Shown one piece after another: positions 35,271 through 47,584 of a stretch of DNA of 64,000 bases (position 1 is the stretch's first letter; each line of letters starts with the position of its first letter). The notes under the pieces were generated by a model. It was not told the origin of the DNA, ran no database searches, and saw only the letters and a list, made by a program, of their open reading frames with translations. The position numbers and the translations under genes are program-made. This stretch comes from Ranitomeya imitator (Eukaryota). Location of the stretch: contig NC_091284.1 of the NCBI RefSeq assembly GCF_032444005.1, forward strand, positions 324,694,001-324,758,000. Reading direction: 5' to 3'.

Positions 35271-37430
35271 TCTAATATATAAAGCTGAATGTGTGTATGT
35301 GTGTGTGTATGTATGTATGTCCGGGATTGGCATCTGCACCGTCGCAGCTACAGCCACAAAATTTTGCACAGTCACACGTCTGGACCCCGAGAGCGTCATA
35401 GGCTATGTTGTGAGGTGAAATTTTAACCCCGCGCTTTCCAATTCACCAAACTATTTTGCCCCTATCTACATAATGGGGAAAAAGTGAAAGGAAAAGTGTT
35501 GGAGGCGTCGCAGCTACAGCCACAAAATTTTGCACAGTCACACGACTGGACCCTGAGAGCGTCATAGGCTATGTTGTGAGGTGAAATTTTAACCCCGTGC
35601 TTTCCAATTCACCAAACAATTTTGCCCCTATCTACATAATGGGAAAAAATGAAAGGAAAAGTGTTGGAGGCAAATTGACAGCTGCCAGATGTGAACAAGG
35701 GGGACTTAAAGAGTGAGAGCGATGGCGCCAAAGAGTATATACCGTACAGTTGCTAAGGTGGGGCCCCGACATGGGATACTCACCACACACCGGGATATGA
35801 ACACACACACAAAATGCGCCACACACTACCACGTGCTTGAACACATATCACCCTCAGCACACATTTCACCACACATTCTCCAACCTCACCACATAAAAGT
35901 CGAAACACAAAAGTCGCCGCTCAAAACTCGCCATGCGCAGAACTCGTCACATGCAAAAACTAGGCTCTTGCAAAACTCGCCACAAGTGCAAAACTCACCT
36001 CATGGAAAACTCGCCACACGCAAAACTTGCACACGCGGAAAAATTGCCACATGCACAAAAGTTGCAACACATGCAAAATTTGCTGCACACAAAACTTGCA
36101 CATACTCAAAAGGCACCACACAAAACTCGCCACGCGCAAAACTCGCCATGCGCAAAACTTGCTGCACACAAGTTGCTACACTAACCTGTCACATGCAACT
36201 CGACACACAAAAAGTTGCTACACGCATGTTGCCACACAAAACTCATCTCACAAAAGTCGCTACATGCATGTCGCCACACGCAACTCAACACACACAACTT
36301 GACAAACGAAACTCGCCCTAAAACACACACAAGTCTGGTCTTATCCTTCAAAAATAAAAATCAGATTAATAAGCAGACAAACTACAACAAATGTACCATA
36401 TAGGAAATACGGCAGCTGTCAGTCACATGACCTGTCTATTATGTGTATGTGTGAGCTAATATATACTGCCAGGGGGAGGGCTTCCTGTTGGCTGGGGATT
36501 TATCAGACTGCCAATTTAGCTTACAAATACTGAGGTAAAAATACTGAGCAAATAACGTGTGAACGAGGTCTAATACAGGAGGAGATGACACACAGGTATA
36601 TACTATATACAGGGGAGATGACACACAGATATATACTATATACAGGAGAGATGACACACAGGTATATACTATATAGAGGAGGAGATGACATACAGGTACA
36701 TATATATACAGGAGGAGATGACATACAGGTATATACTATATACAGGAGGAGATGACACACAGGTATATACTATATACAGGAGCAGATGACCTACAGGTAT
36801 ATACTATATACAGGAGGAGATGACATACAGGTATATGCTATATATAGAAGATGACATGCAGGTATATACTATATACAGGAGGAGATGACACACAGATATA
36901 TACTATATACAGGGGAGATGACACACAGGTATATACTATATACAGGAGGAGATGACATACAGGTATATACTATATATAGAAGGAGATGGCATTCAGGTAT
37001 ATACTATATATAGGGGAGATGACACACAGCAGGTATATAATATATTCAGGGGAGATGACATACAGGTATATACTATATACAGGAGATGACATACAGATGT
37101 ATACTATATATAAGGGAGATGACAAACATGTATATACTGAGGTGATGAGGTGAAAATGAGAGGTGTGAGGTGAAAATGAAAAGGTGTGAGTGCAAAATGA
37201 GAGGAGTGAGGAAAAATAATGGAGTGATCAGAAAATGACAGATGTGAGGTTGAAATGACAAGTGTTAGGGGGGAATGAGAGGAGTGAGGGAGAAAATGAG
37301 AGGTGTGAGGGGGAAAATGAAAGATGTGATTGGGAAAATGAGAGGCGTGATGGGAAAATAAGAGAAGTGAGGTGCTATAACTAACCACAGATATTTACTA
37401 TGCCCAAGCAACGCCGGGCTCTTCAGCTAG
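35271..37430 (+). mobile_element. non-autonomous Helitron
   Basis: A|TCTAATATATAAAG start; GCCCAAGCAACGCCGGGC hairpin-like motif then CTAG|T end; no TSD; internal ~180-bp duplication and ~32-bp minisatellite (36570-37130). Confidence 0.9.
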
Positions 37431-38175
37431 TTTACAATAAAAATGTTTATGAGGTTGGAAAATATCTAACCAAACATCTAACCAAAACTGGACAAATATG
37501 TCAGTCGGATATGTCAATAACATGACATTGGCACCCCTACAGATCAGTTAATATCTGCTTTATGTAAGCCATTTATGGAGTATGTAGCTCAGTGCATTGT
37601 TTAGAGGCCATGGCTAAATACTGCCATTTTTCTCTTATTGACTTGAACAGTGCTAAACCATATTGTTGACCCATCTGATGCATAGTTAATCAATATAAGA
37701 TTGTTGGGGTCCAACATTATTCACTTGAAAGGTTTAGCTGAGACTAACAAATTGATTACCTATGAATAGGATAGGTCATCAGCATGAGATTGGTTGGTGT
37801 CCAACACCATTCAAGTAAATTGTGTCATTAATATAGGATCAGTGTCAAAAATATGAGACTGATGGGGTTCAGACAACATTGAAGTGCACAATCTCCTATT
37901 GATGACTTTCCCCTACTCATAGGTTATTAAAATATTAGTCCTGGATAAATTCTAACCTAAATATACATTTTCTTTATCTTTTCATTCAATTTAGACCGGG
38001 TGAAAACACTTCAAATGATCAATTCTACATGTTCACTGAGCTCAGGTGCGTACCATCCATAGAGGCAGCCCATGCATGACACCATGCCACCTCCCAATGT
38101 CATCACAATTTCAGCTGTATCCACATCCCAAGGAAGCAGATAACATTGAATAGAATTGTGGATCACAGAGTCTAA

Positions 38176-38921
38176 AGGTACCGTCACACATAACGACATA
38201 ACGATATCGTTAACGATATTGTTGCATTTTGTGACGTAGCAACGATATCGTTATCGAAATCGTTATGTGTGACAGTGACCAACGATCAGGCCCCTGCTGG
38301 GAGATCCTTGGTCGCTGGGGAAAGTCCAGCACTTTATTTTGTCGCTGGATCTCCCGCTGACATCGCTGGATCGGCGTGTGACGCCGATCCAGCGATGTCT
38401 TCACTTGTAACCAGGGTAAACATCGGGTTACTAAGCGCAGGGCTGCGCTTAGTAACCCGATGTTTACCCTGGTTACCGTTGTAAATGTAAAAAAAAACCC
38501 ACTACATACTTACATTCCCGGTGTCTGGTCATGTCCCCCGCCGTCAGCTTCCCGCACTGACTGGTGAGCGCCGGCCGGCCGTAAAGCACGCTGTGCAGCG
38601 GTGACGTCACCGCTCTGCTTTACGGCCAGCGCTCAGTCAGTTCGGGAAGCTGAAGGCGAGGGACATGACCAGACACCGGGAATGTAAGTATGTAGTGTTT
38701 GTTTTATTACATTTACAACGGTAACCAGGGTAAACATCGGGTTACTAAGCGCGGCCCTGCGCTTAGTAACCCGATGTTTACCCTGGTTACCCGGGGACTT
38801 TGGGATCGTTGGTCGCTGGAGAGCTGTCTGTGTGACAGCTCTCCAGCGACCAAACAGCGACGCTGCAGCGATCGACATCGTTGTCGGTATCGCTGCAGCG
38901 TCGCTTAGTGTGACGGTAGCT
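38176..38921. mobile_element. Harbinger-type fold-back MITE
   Basis: TIR AGGTACCGTCACAC/GTGTGACGGTAGCT; TAA TSD on both sides. Confidence 0.92.
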
Positions 38922-39573
38922 TAAGACACTGCAGACACAATATCAACACTACATCGCACCTGCTTTGCATAAGCCTCAGTACTCACACTGCACAGACTCG
39001 TTCAGTATTTTGAGGGAAAAGGAGTAGGTGAGCAGAGTTTATTTATGTCAAAAATTGTGTGGGGGCCAATCATACTGAATGGGGGGTTTGTGGTGGCCAA
39101 TAATTCTGAATGAGAGGCTTCAGGGACACTATACTGAGTAGGGGGCTGGTGGAAGCCAATCATACTGCAGGTGGCCAATCATACTGAATGGTGGCTTATG
39201 GGGGCAATTATACTGAGGAGGGGTGGTAGAGGCAATAATACTGAGTAGAGGGGTGGTGGGGGACAAAAATTGATTGTGGGCTGGTAAGAGCATTATATTG
39301 AGTACGGTGATGTGGTGGAGTATTAGGCCGGCGCCAGACTCAGCGTATAAAAATACGGTCCGTAATTTACGGCCGTAAGAAGCAGAAAAGTCCCCAAAAT
39401 AGTGGTCCGTATCTCCTCCGTAGGCAGGGTGTGTCAGCGTATTTTGCGCATGGCATCCTCCGTATGTAATCCGTATGGCATCCGTACTGCGAGATTTTCT
39501 CGCAGGCTTGCAAAAACGACATACAGATATACAAGGGATCCATGTGCTCAAAAAATAATAAAAACATATGTAC

Positions 39574-39609
<36 letters not shown>

Positions 39610-39624
39610 AGTGAGACACACATA

Positions 39625-41264
39625 CAGTTAGGGCCAGAAATATTTGGACAGTGACACAATTTTCGCGAGTTGGGCTCTGCATGCCACCACATTGGATTTG
39701 AAATGAAACCTCTACAACAGAATTCAAGTGCAGATTGTAACATTTAATTTGAAGGGTTGAACAAAAATATCTGATAGAAAATGTAGGAATTGTACACATT
39801 TCTTTACAAACACTCCACATTTTAGGAGGTCAAAAGTAATTGGACAAATAAACATAACCCAAACAAAATATTTTTATTTTCAATATTTTGTTGCAAATCC
39901 TTTGGAGGCAATCACTGCCTTAAGTCTGGAACCCATGGACATCACCAAACGCTGGGTTTCCTCCTTCTTAATGCTTTGCCAGGCCTTTACAGCCGCAGCC
40001 TTCAGGTCTTGCTTGTTTGTGGGTCTTTCCGTCTTAAGTCTGGATTTGAGAAAGTGAAATGCATGCTCAATTGGGTTTAGATCTGGAGATTGACTTGGCC
40101 ATTGCAGAATGCTCCACTTTTTGGCACTCATGAACTCCTGGGTAGCTTTGGATGTATGCTTGGGGTCATTGTCCATCTGTACTATGAAGCGCCGTCCAAT
40201 CAACTTTGCAGCATTTGGCTGAATCTGGGCTGAAAGTATATCCCGGTACACTTCAGAATTCATCCGGCTACTCTTGTCTGCTCTTATGTCATCAATAAAC
40301 ACAAGTGACCCAGTGCCATTGAAAGCCATGCATGCCCATGCCATCACGTTGCCTCCACCATGTTTTACAGAGGATGTGGTGTGCCTTGGATCATGTGCCG
40401 TTCCCTTTCTTCTCCAAACTTTTTTCTTCCCATCATTCTGGTACAGGTTGATCTTTGTCTCATCTGTCCATAGAATACTTTTCCAGAACTGAGCTGGCTT
40501 CTTGAGGTGTTTTTCTGCAAATTTAACTCTGGCCTGTCTATTTTTGGTATTGATGAATGGTTTGCATCTAGATGTGAACCCTTTGTATTTACTGTCATGG
40601 AGTCTTCTCTTTACTGTTGACTTAGAGACAGATACACCTACTTCACTGAGAGTGTTCTGGACTTCAGTTGATGTTGTGAACGGGTTCTTCTTCACCAAAT
40701 TAAGTATGCGGCGATCATCCACCACTGTTGTCATCCGTGGACGCCCAGGCCTTTTTGAGTTCCCAAGCTCACCAGTCAATTCCTTTTTTCTCAGAATGTA
40801 CCCAACTGTTGATTTTGCTACTCCAAGCATGTCTGCTATCTCTCTGATGGATTTTTTCTTTTTTTTCAGCCTCAGCCTCACCTCAATTGAAAGTTCCTTT
40901 GACCGCATGTTGTCTGCTCACAGCAACAGCTTCCAAATGCAAAACCACACACCTGGAATCCACCCCTGACCTTTTAACTACTTCATTGATTACAGGTTAA
41001 CGAGGGAGACGCCTTCAGAGTTAATTGCAGCCCTTAGAGTCCATTGTCCAATTACTTTTGGTCCCTTCAAAAAGAGGACGCTATGCATTACAGAGCTATG
41101 ATTCCTAAACCCTTTCTCCGATTTGGATGTGGAAACTATCATATTGCAGCTGGGAGTGTGCACTTTCAGCCCATATTATATATATAATTGTATTTCTGAA
41201 CATGTTTTTGTAAACAGCTAAAATAACAAAACTTGTGTCACTGTCCAAATATTTCTGGCCCTAA

Positions 41265-41267
<3 letters not shown>
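39625..41267 (-). mobile_element. Tc1 DNA transposon (1643 bp)
   Basis: TIR CAGTTAGGGCCAGAAATATTTGGACAGTGACACAA at both ends; TA TSD. Confidence 0.97.
39880..40908 (-). CDS. Tc1 transposase, 342-aa open ORF, DD34E
   Basis: GVAKSTV HTH, GRPRMTT linker, [22 protein letters not shown] with 34 residues between D and E; apparent short in-frame loss near the N-terminus. Confidence 0.88.
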   Translation of the reverse strand: MRSKELSIEVRLRLKKKKKSIREIADMLGVAKSTVGYILRKKELTGELGNSKRPGRPRMTTVVDDRRILNLVKKNPFTTSTEVQNTLSEVGVSVSKSTVKRRLHDSKYKGFTSRCKPFINTKNRQARVKFAEKHLKKPAQFWKSILWTDETKINLYQNDGKKKVWRRKGTAHDPRHTTSSVKHGGGNVMAWACMAFNGTGSLVFIDDIRADKSSRMNSEVYRDILSAQIQPNAAKLIGRRFIVQMDNDPKHTSKATQEFMSAKKWSILQWPSQSPDLNPIEHAFHFLKSRLKTERPTNKQDLKAAAVKAWQSIKKEETQRLVMSMGSRLKAVIASKGFATKY

Positions 41268-41305
<38 letters not shown>

Positions 41306-44300
41306 TATTTCATCCAGCGCGAGATAGCTTAAAAGCCGGTAATTCAATTGCCGGCTTTTGCTATCTCCTTCCAAAACCTGACATGATATGAGACATGGTT
41401 TACATACAGTAAACCATGTCATATACCCTTTTTTTTGCATATTCCACACTACTAATGTTAGTAATAATAATAATAGTAGTGTGTATGTGCAAAATTTGGG
41501 CGTTCTAGCAATTAAATTAAAGGATTAAATGGCGGAAAAAAATGGCGTGGGCTCCCGCGCAATTTTCTCCACCAGAGTAGTAAAGCCAGTGACTGAGGGC
41601 AAATATTAATAGCCTGGAGAGGGTCCACGGTTATTGCCTCCCCCCTCCCCCCGGCTAAAAACATCTGCCCCCAGCCACCCCAGAAAAGGCACATCTGGAA
41701 GATGTGCCTATTCTGGCACTTGGCCACTCTCTTCCCATTCCCGTGTAGCGGTGGGATATGGGGTAATGAAGGGTTAATGTCACCTTGCTATTGTAAGGTG
41801 ACATTAAGCCAGATTAATAATGGAGAGGCGTTAATTATGACACCTATCCATTATTAATCCAATAGTCTGAAGTGGTTAAAAAAAACTCAAACACATTATT
41901 AAAAAGTCTTTTAATGAAATAAAAACACATGTTTTAATATTTTATTATTCTGGTAATCCACCTGAAGACCCTCGCTCTGTGACAAAGAAAAAATAATAAA
42001 CCAACAATATCCATACCTTCAGAGGATCTGTCACGTCCCACGATGTAAATCCATCTGAAGGGGTTAATTTTTTTTACAGCCAGGAGCTCTGCTATAATGC
42101 AGCTATGCTCCTGACTGTAAAATCCCAGTGAATGAATGGAAACTAGGTCAATGACCTGTAGTTACCTTCATTTGCAGTGAGGCGCCCTCTGCTGGATGCC
42201 CTTCGAGCGTGGGAAAAAATCAGAAAAGTTCCCAGGCTCGAGTTCATATGAGGACAACCAGTAGAGGGTGCCTCACCGCGAATGAAGGTAACCACAGGTC
42301 ATTGACCTAGTTTCCATTCATTCGCTGGGGTTTTACAGTCAGGAGCACAGCTGCATTAGAGCAGAGCTCCTGGCTGTAAAAAAAATTAACCCCTTCAGAT
42401 GGATTTACATCGTGGGACGTGACAGATCATCGGACGGTATGGATATTGTTGGTTTATTATTTTTTCTTTGTCACAGAGCGAGGGTCTTCAGGTGGATTAC
42501 CAGAATAATAAAATATTAAAACAACATGTGTTTTTATTTCATTAAAAGACTTTTTAATAATGTGTTTGTGTTTTTTTTAACCACTTCAGACTATTGGATT
42601 AATAATGGATAGGTGTCATAATTGACGCCTCTCCATTATTAATCTGGCTTAATGTCACCTTACAATAGCAAGGTGACATTAACCGTTCATTACCCCATAT
42701 CCCATCGCTACACGGGAATGGGAAGAGAGTGGCCAAGTGCCAGAATAGGCGCATCTTCCAGATGTGCCTTTTCTGGGGTGGCTGGGGGCAGATGTTTTTA
42801 GCCAGGGGGGGGCCAATAACCGTGGACCCTCTCCAGGCTATTAATATCTGCCCTCAGTCACTGGCTTTACTACTCTGGCAGAGAAAATTGCGCGGGAGCC
42901 CACGCCAATTTTTTCCACCATTTAACCCTTTAATTTAATAGCTAGAACGCCCAAATTTTGCACATACACACTACTAACATTAGTAGTGTGGAATATGCAA
43001 AAAAAATGGGGATATGAGATGGTTTACTGTATGTAAACCATGTCTCATATCATGTCGGGTTTAGGAAGGAGATAGCAAAAGCCGGCAATTGAATTACCGG
43101 CTTTTAAGCTATCTAGCGCTGTATGAAATATTAATATATACATATATGTGTCTCACTGACATATATATATATATATATATATATATACCTATTCTATGTG
43201 TACACATTTATTCTACCTATTCTACTGTAAGCTGTCAGTGTGATTTTACTGTACACCGCACTGAATTGCCGGCTTTTCTCTCTAACACCGCTGCGTATTT
43301 CTCGCAAGTCACACTGCTGGTCCGTGTGTAATCCGTATTTTTCTGGCTTCCATAGACTTTCATTGGCGATTTTTTTGCGCAATACGGTGACAAACGCAGC
43401 ATGCTGCGATTTTCTACGGCCGTAGAAAGCCGTATAATACGGATCAGTAAAATACGGCACATAGGAGCTGGGGCATAGAGAATAATTGGGCCGTGTGTAA
43501 TGCGTGTTTTACGGACGTAGTTTCTGCGCTCTTACGTCCGTAAAACTCTCTAGTGTGACGCCGGCCTTATACTGAGTGGGTTCCTAGTGAAGACCATAAT
43601 AATGTGTGAAGTGTTGTTGTGGACCTTGAGGGCCCCATGTTGAGTTGGGGACTGTGGAGGCTCTCATTCTGTCTGGGGGCTGTGCAGGCCCACATACTGT
43701 ATGAGGGAAAATAGGGGCCCACATACTATGAGCTGTTGGGGCATCATACTGTGTAGGAGCCATGATAATGTGTGTGTGCATGTGTGCGGGTGTGACTATG
43801 GGGATATCAATCGACAGAAGGGCACTTTATGTACATCAGGCTATGTGGGTATTATACTGTTTTGGTGGCACTGAGGAGTCATCATGATCTATACCCCTCC
43901 TCACATGTAAAGCGGCATGAAATAAATGGCGTTATAACAATAAATAATAATAATAATACTCTATTTGTGGAGTAAAACTGTGTTAGTAGGGGATTATCTG
44001 TGGGGATACCATACTCAAGTGTGTGTGTGTGGGAACATTTTGGGAACAACATAAAATGGCCAAAAAAATGGGTATGACTGGCAAGAACACTAAGAGGGTT
44101 TCAATAGGGACAGTAGAAACATAATTACTGTATATGTATGTCTTTCTCCTGGTTTGGAAAAGTTGGGAGATATGGGAGCAGTGCTTGTAGCCACATTGCA
44201 CGCCTGTATGGCTGAAATTTGGCAGCTACCGGTAGAAATAAGTTTCCTATTCTCCTAGGTGCTGCACTTTTAGTACTGCGCTGGGCACTTTCAATATTAT

Positions 44301-45079
44301 TAACCTGCAGATTAATCCTGTATCTGCAAGATAATAGCATTATTGGATATGATAGGTTCTCTATAATGAGAACAAAGAGGACCAAAAATAGCTTGAGATT
44401 TTAATAGAATTTGTCAGGAGCTGAAAAGTTTGAATAAGAGAGGAAAATGTTGTAACTACAACAACAAAAAAACATATCTCACCTAGTAAATTGTACAGCT
44501 ATACCCACTAAGTAAATGAAAACAGTCATGATCACTGGTGCATTAGCACTGGGGTGACTACATATTTTCCAGGTACTGTAAGTTATGTTTTTTGGGGGGA
44601 TTTTATCAAAATTTCTGATATTTTTTCTATTGCTGGACTAGTATTTACCCCCTTTACCCCCAAGGGTGGTTTGCACGTTAATGACCAGGCCAATTTTTAC
44701 AATTCTGACCACTGTCCATTTATGAGGTTATAACTCTGGAACGTTTCAACGGATTCTGGCATTGTTTTCTCGTGGCATATTGTACTTCATGATAGTGGTA
44801 ACATTTCTTAGATAAAACTTGCGTGTATTTGTGGAAAAAATGGAAATTTGGGGAAGATTTTGAAAATTTTGCAATTTTCCAACTTTGAATTATTATGCCC
44901 TTAAATCACAGAGATATGTCATGCAAACTAATTAATAAGTAACATTTCCCACATGTCTACTTTACATCAGCACAATTTTGGAACCAAAAATTGTTTTTGT
45001 TAGGGAGTTATAAGGGTTAAAAGTTGACCAGCAATTTCTCATTTTTACAACACCAATATTTTTTAGGGACCACATCACA

Positions 45080-45082
<3 letters not shown>

Positions 45083-45133
<51 letters not shown>
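45083..45133. repeat. (TAT)n microsatellite
   Basis: Pure TAT run. Confidence 0.95.
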
Positions 45134-45135
<2 letters not shown>

Positions 45136-45950
45136 TTGAAGGGTCTATATGATAGAAAATAACCAAGTGTGACACCATTCTAAAAACTGCACCCATCAAG
45201 GTGCTCAAAACCACATTCAAGAAGTTTATTAACCCTTCAGGTGTTTTACAGGAATTTTTGAAATGTTTAAAAAAAAATTAACATTTAACTTTTTTTCACA
45301 AAAAATTTATTTCAGCTCCAATATGTTTTATTTTCCCAATGGTAAGAGAAGAAATTGGACCACAAAAGTTGTTGTGCCATTTGTTCTGAGTACGCCAATA
45401 CCCGATATGTGGGGGTAAACCACTGTTTGGGAGCATGGCAGAGCTCGGAAGGGAAGGAGCGCCGTTTGACTTTTTAATGCAAAATTGACTGGAATTGAGA
45501 TGGGACGCCATGTTGCATTTGGAGATCCCCTGATGTGCCTAAACATTGAAACCCCCCACAAGTTACACCATTTTGGAGAGTAGACCCCCTAAGGAACTTA
45601 TCTAGATGTGTGGTGTGCACTTTAACCCACCAAGTGCTTCACAGAAGTTTATAATGCAGAGCCGTAAAATAAAAAATCATATTTTTTCACAAATATGATC
45701 TTTTAGCCCCCAATTTTTTATTTTCCCAAGGGTAAGAGAAGAAATTGGACAGCAAAAGTTATTGACCACTGTTTGGGCGCACGGGAGAGCTCGGAAGGGA
45801 AGGAGCACCGTTTGACTTTTCAATGCAAAATTGACAGGAATTGAGATGGGACGCCATGTTGCGTATGGAGAGCCACTGATGTGCCTAAACATTTAAACCC
45901 CCCACAAGTGACACCATTTTGGAAAGTAGATACCCTAAGGAACTCATCTA

Positions 45951-47584
45951 CAGTTAGGTCCATATATATTTGGACAGAGATAACATTTTTCTAATTTTGG
46001 TTATAGACATTACCACAATTAATTTTAAACAAAACAATTCAGATGCAGTTGGAGCTCAGACTTTCAGCTTTCATTTGAGGGTATCCACATTAAAATTGGA
46101 TGAAGGGTTTAGGAGTTTCAGCTCCTTAACATGTGCCACCCTGTTTTTAAAGGGACCAAAAGTAATTGGACAATAGACTCCAAGGCTATTTCATGGACTG
46201 GTGTGGGCAATCCCTTTGTTATGTCATTCTCAATTAAGCAAATAAAAGGTTTGGAGTTGATTTGAGGTGTGGTGCTTGCATTTGGAAGGTTTTGCTGTGA
46301 AGTAAACATGCAGTCAAATGAGCTCTCCATGCAGGTGAAACAAGCCATCCTTAAGCTGCGAAAACAGATAAAAACCCATCCGAGAAATTGATACAATATT
46401 AGGAGTGGCAAAATCTACAGTTTGGTACATCCTGAGAAAGAAAGAAAGCACTGGTGAACTAATCAATGCAAAAAGACCTGGGCGCCCACGGAAGACAACA
46501 GTGGTGGATGATCGCAGAATAATCTCCATGGTAAAGATAAACCCCTTCACAACAGCCAACCAAGTGAACAACACTCTCCAGGAGGTCGGCGTATCAATAT
46601 CCAAATCTACCACAAAGAGAAGACTGCATGAAAGTAAATACAGAGGGTTCACTGCATGGTGCAAGCCACTCATAAGCATCAATAATAAAAAGGCTAGACT
46701 GGAATTTGCTAAAAAACATCTAAAAAAGCCAGCACAGTTCTGGAAGAACATTCTTTGGACAGATGAAACCAAGATCAACTTCTACCAGAGTGATGGAAAG
46801 AGAAAAGTATGGAGAAGGCGTGATACAGCTCATGATCCAAAGCATACCGCATCATCTGTAAAACACGACGGAGGCAGTGTGATGGCTTGGGCATGCATGG
46901 CTGCCAGTGGCACTAGGTCACTAGTGTTTATTGATGATGTGACACAGGACAGAAGCAGCCGAATGAATTCTGAGGTATTCAGAGCCATACTGTGTGCTCA
47001 GATCCAGCCAAATGCAGCAAAACTGATTGGTCGTCGTTTCAAACTACAGATGGACAATGACCCAAAATATAAAGCCAAAGCAACCCAGGAGTTTATTAAA
47101 GCAAAGAAGTGGAATATTCTTGAATGGCTAAGTCAGCCACCTGATCTCAACCCAATTGAGCATGCATTTCACTTGTTAAAGACTAAACTTCAGACAGAAA
47201 GGCCCACAAACAAACAGCAACTGAAAACCACCACAGTGAAGGCCTGGCAGAGAATCAAAAAGGAGGAAACACAGTGTCTGGTGATGTCCATGAGTTCAAG
47301 ACTTCACAAAGGGTTTTCAACCAAGTACTAAAAATGAACATTTTATTTAAAATTATTGAATCTGTCCAATTACTTTTAGTCCCTTTAAAAACAGGGTGGC
47401 ACATGTTAAGGAGCTGAAACTCCTAAAACCTTCATCCAATTTTAATGTGGATACCCTAAAATGAAAGCTGAAAGTCTGAACTTCAACTGCATCTGAATTG
47501 TTTTGTTTAAAATTCATTGTGGTAATGTCTATAACCAAAATTAGAAAAATGTTGTCTCTGTCCAAATATATATGGACCTAACTG
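45951..47584 (+). mobile_element. Tc1 DNA transposon (1634 bp) with long (~220 bp) TIRs
   Basis: CAGTTAGGTCCATATATATTTGGACAGAGA / TCTCTGTCCAAATATATATGGACCTAACTG; TA TSD; empty site AACTCATCTAGATG matches other array units. Confidence 0.97.
46308..47331 (+). pseudogene. Tc1 transposase DD34E with an N-terminal frameshift and a small C-terminal deletion
   Basis: MQSNELSMQVKQAILKLRK then frameshift; WTDETK, QMDNDPKY, PPDLNPIE; ends MSSRLHKGFSTKY. Confidence 0.9.

Larger units (their letters stand above)
39326..43566. mobile_element. non-autonomous Harbinger-type element (~2.6 kb net) with a ~1.9-kb internal palindrome and a nested Tc1
   Basis: GGCCGGCG...CGCCGGCC ends with TTA TSD (39323-39325, 43567-43569); arms ~41270-42202 and ~42250-43185. 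Confidence 0.85.

Noticed and set aside
35713-36403. Overlapping 60-200 aa ORFs inside the Helitron
   Set aside because: They arise from low-complexity CA-rich repeats lacking stop codons and show no Rep/helicase motifs.
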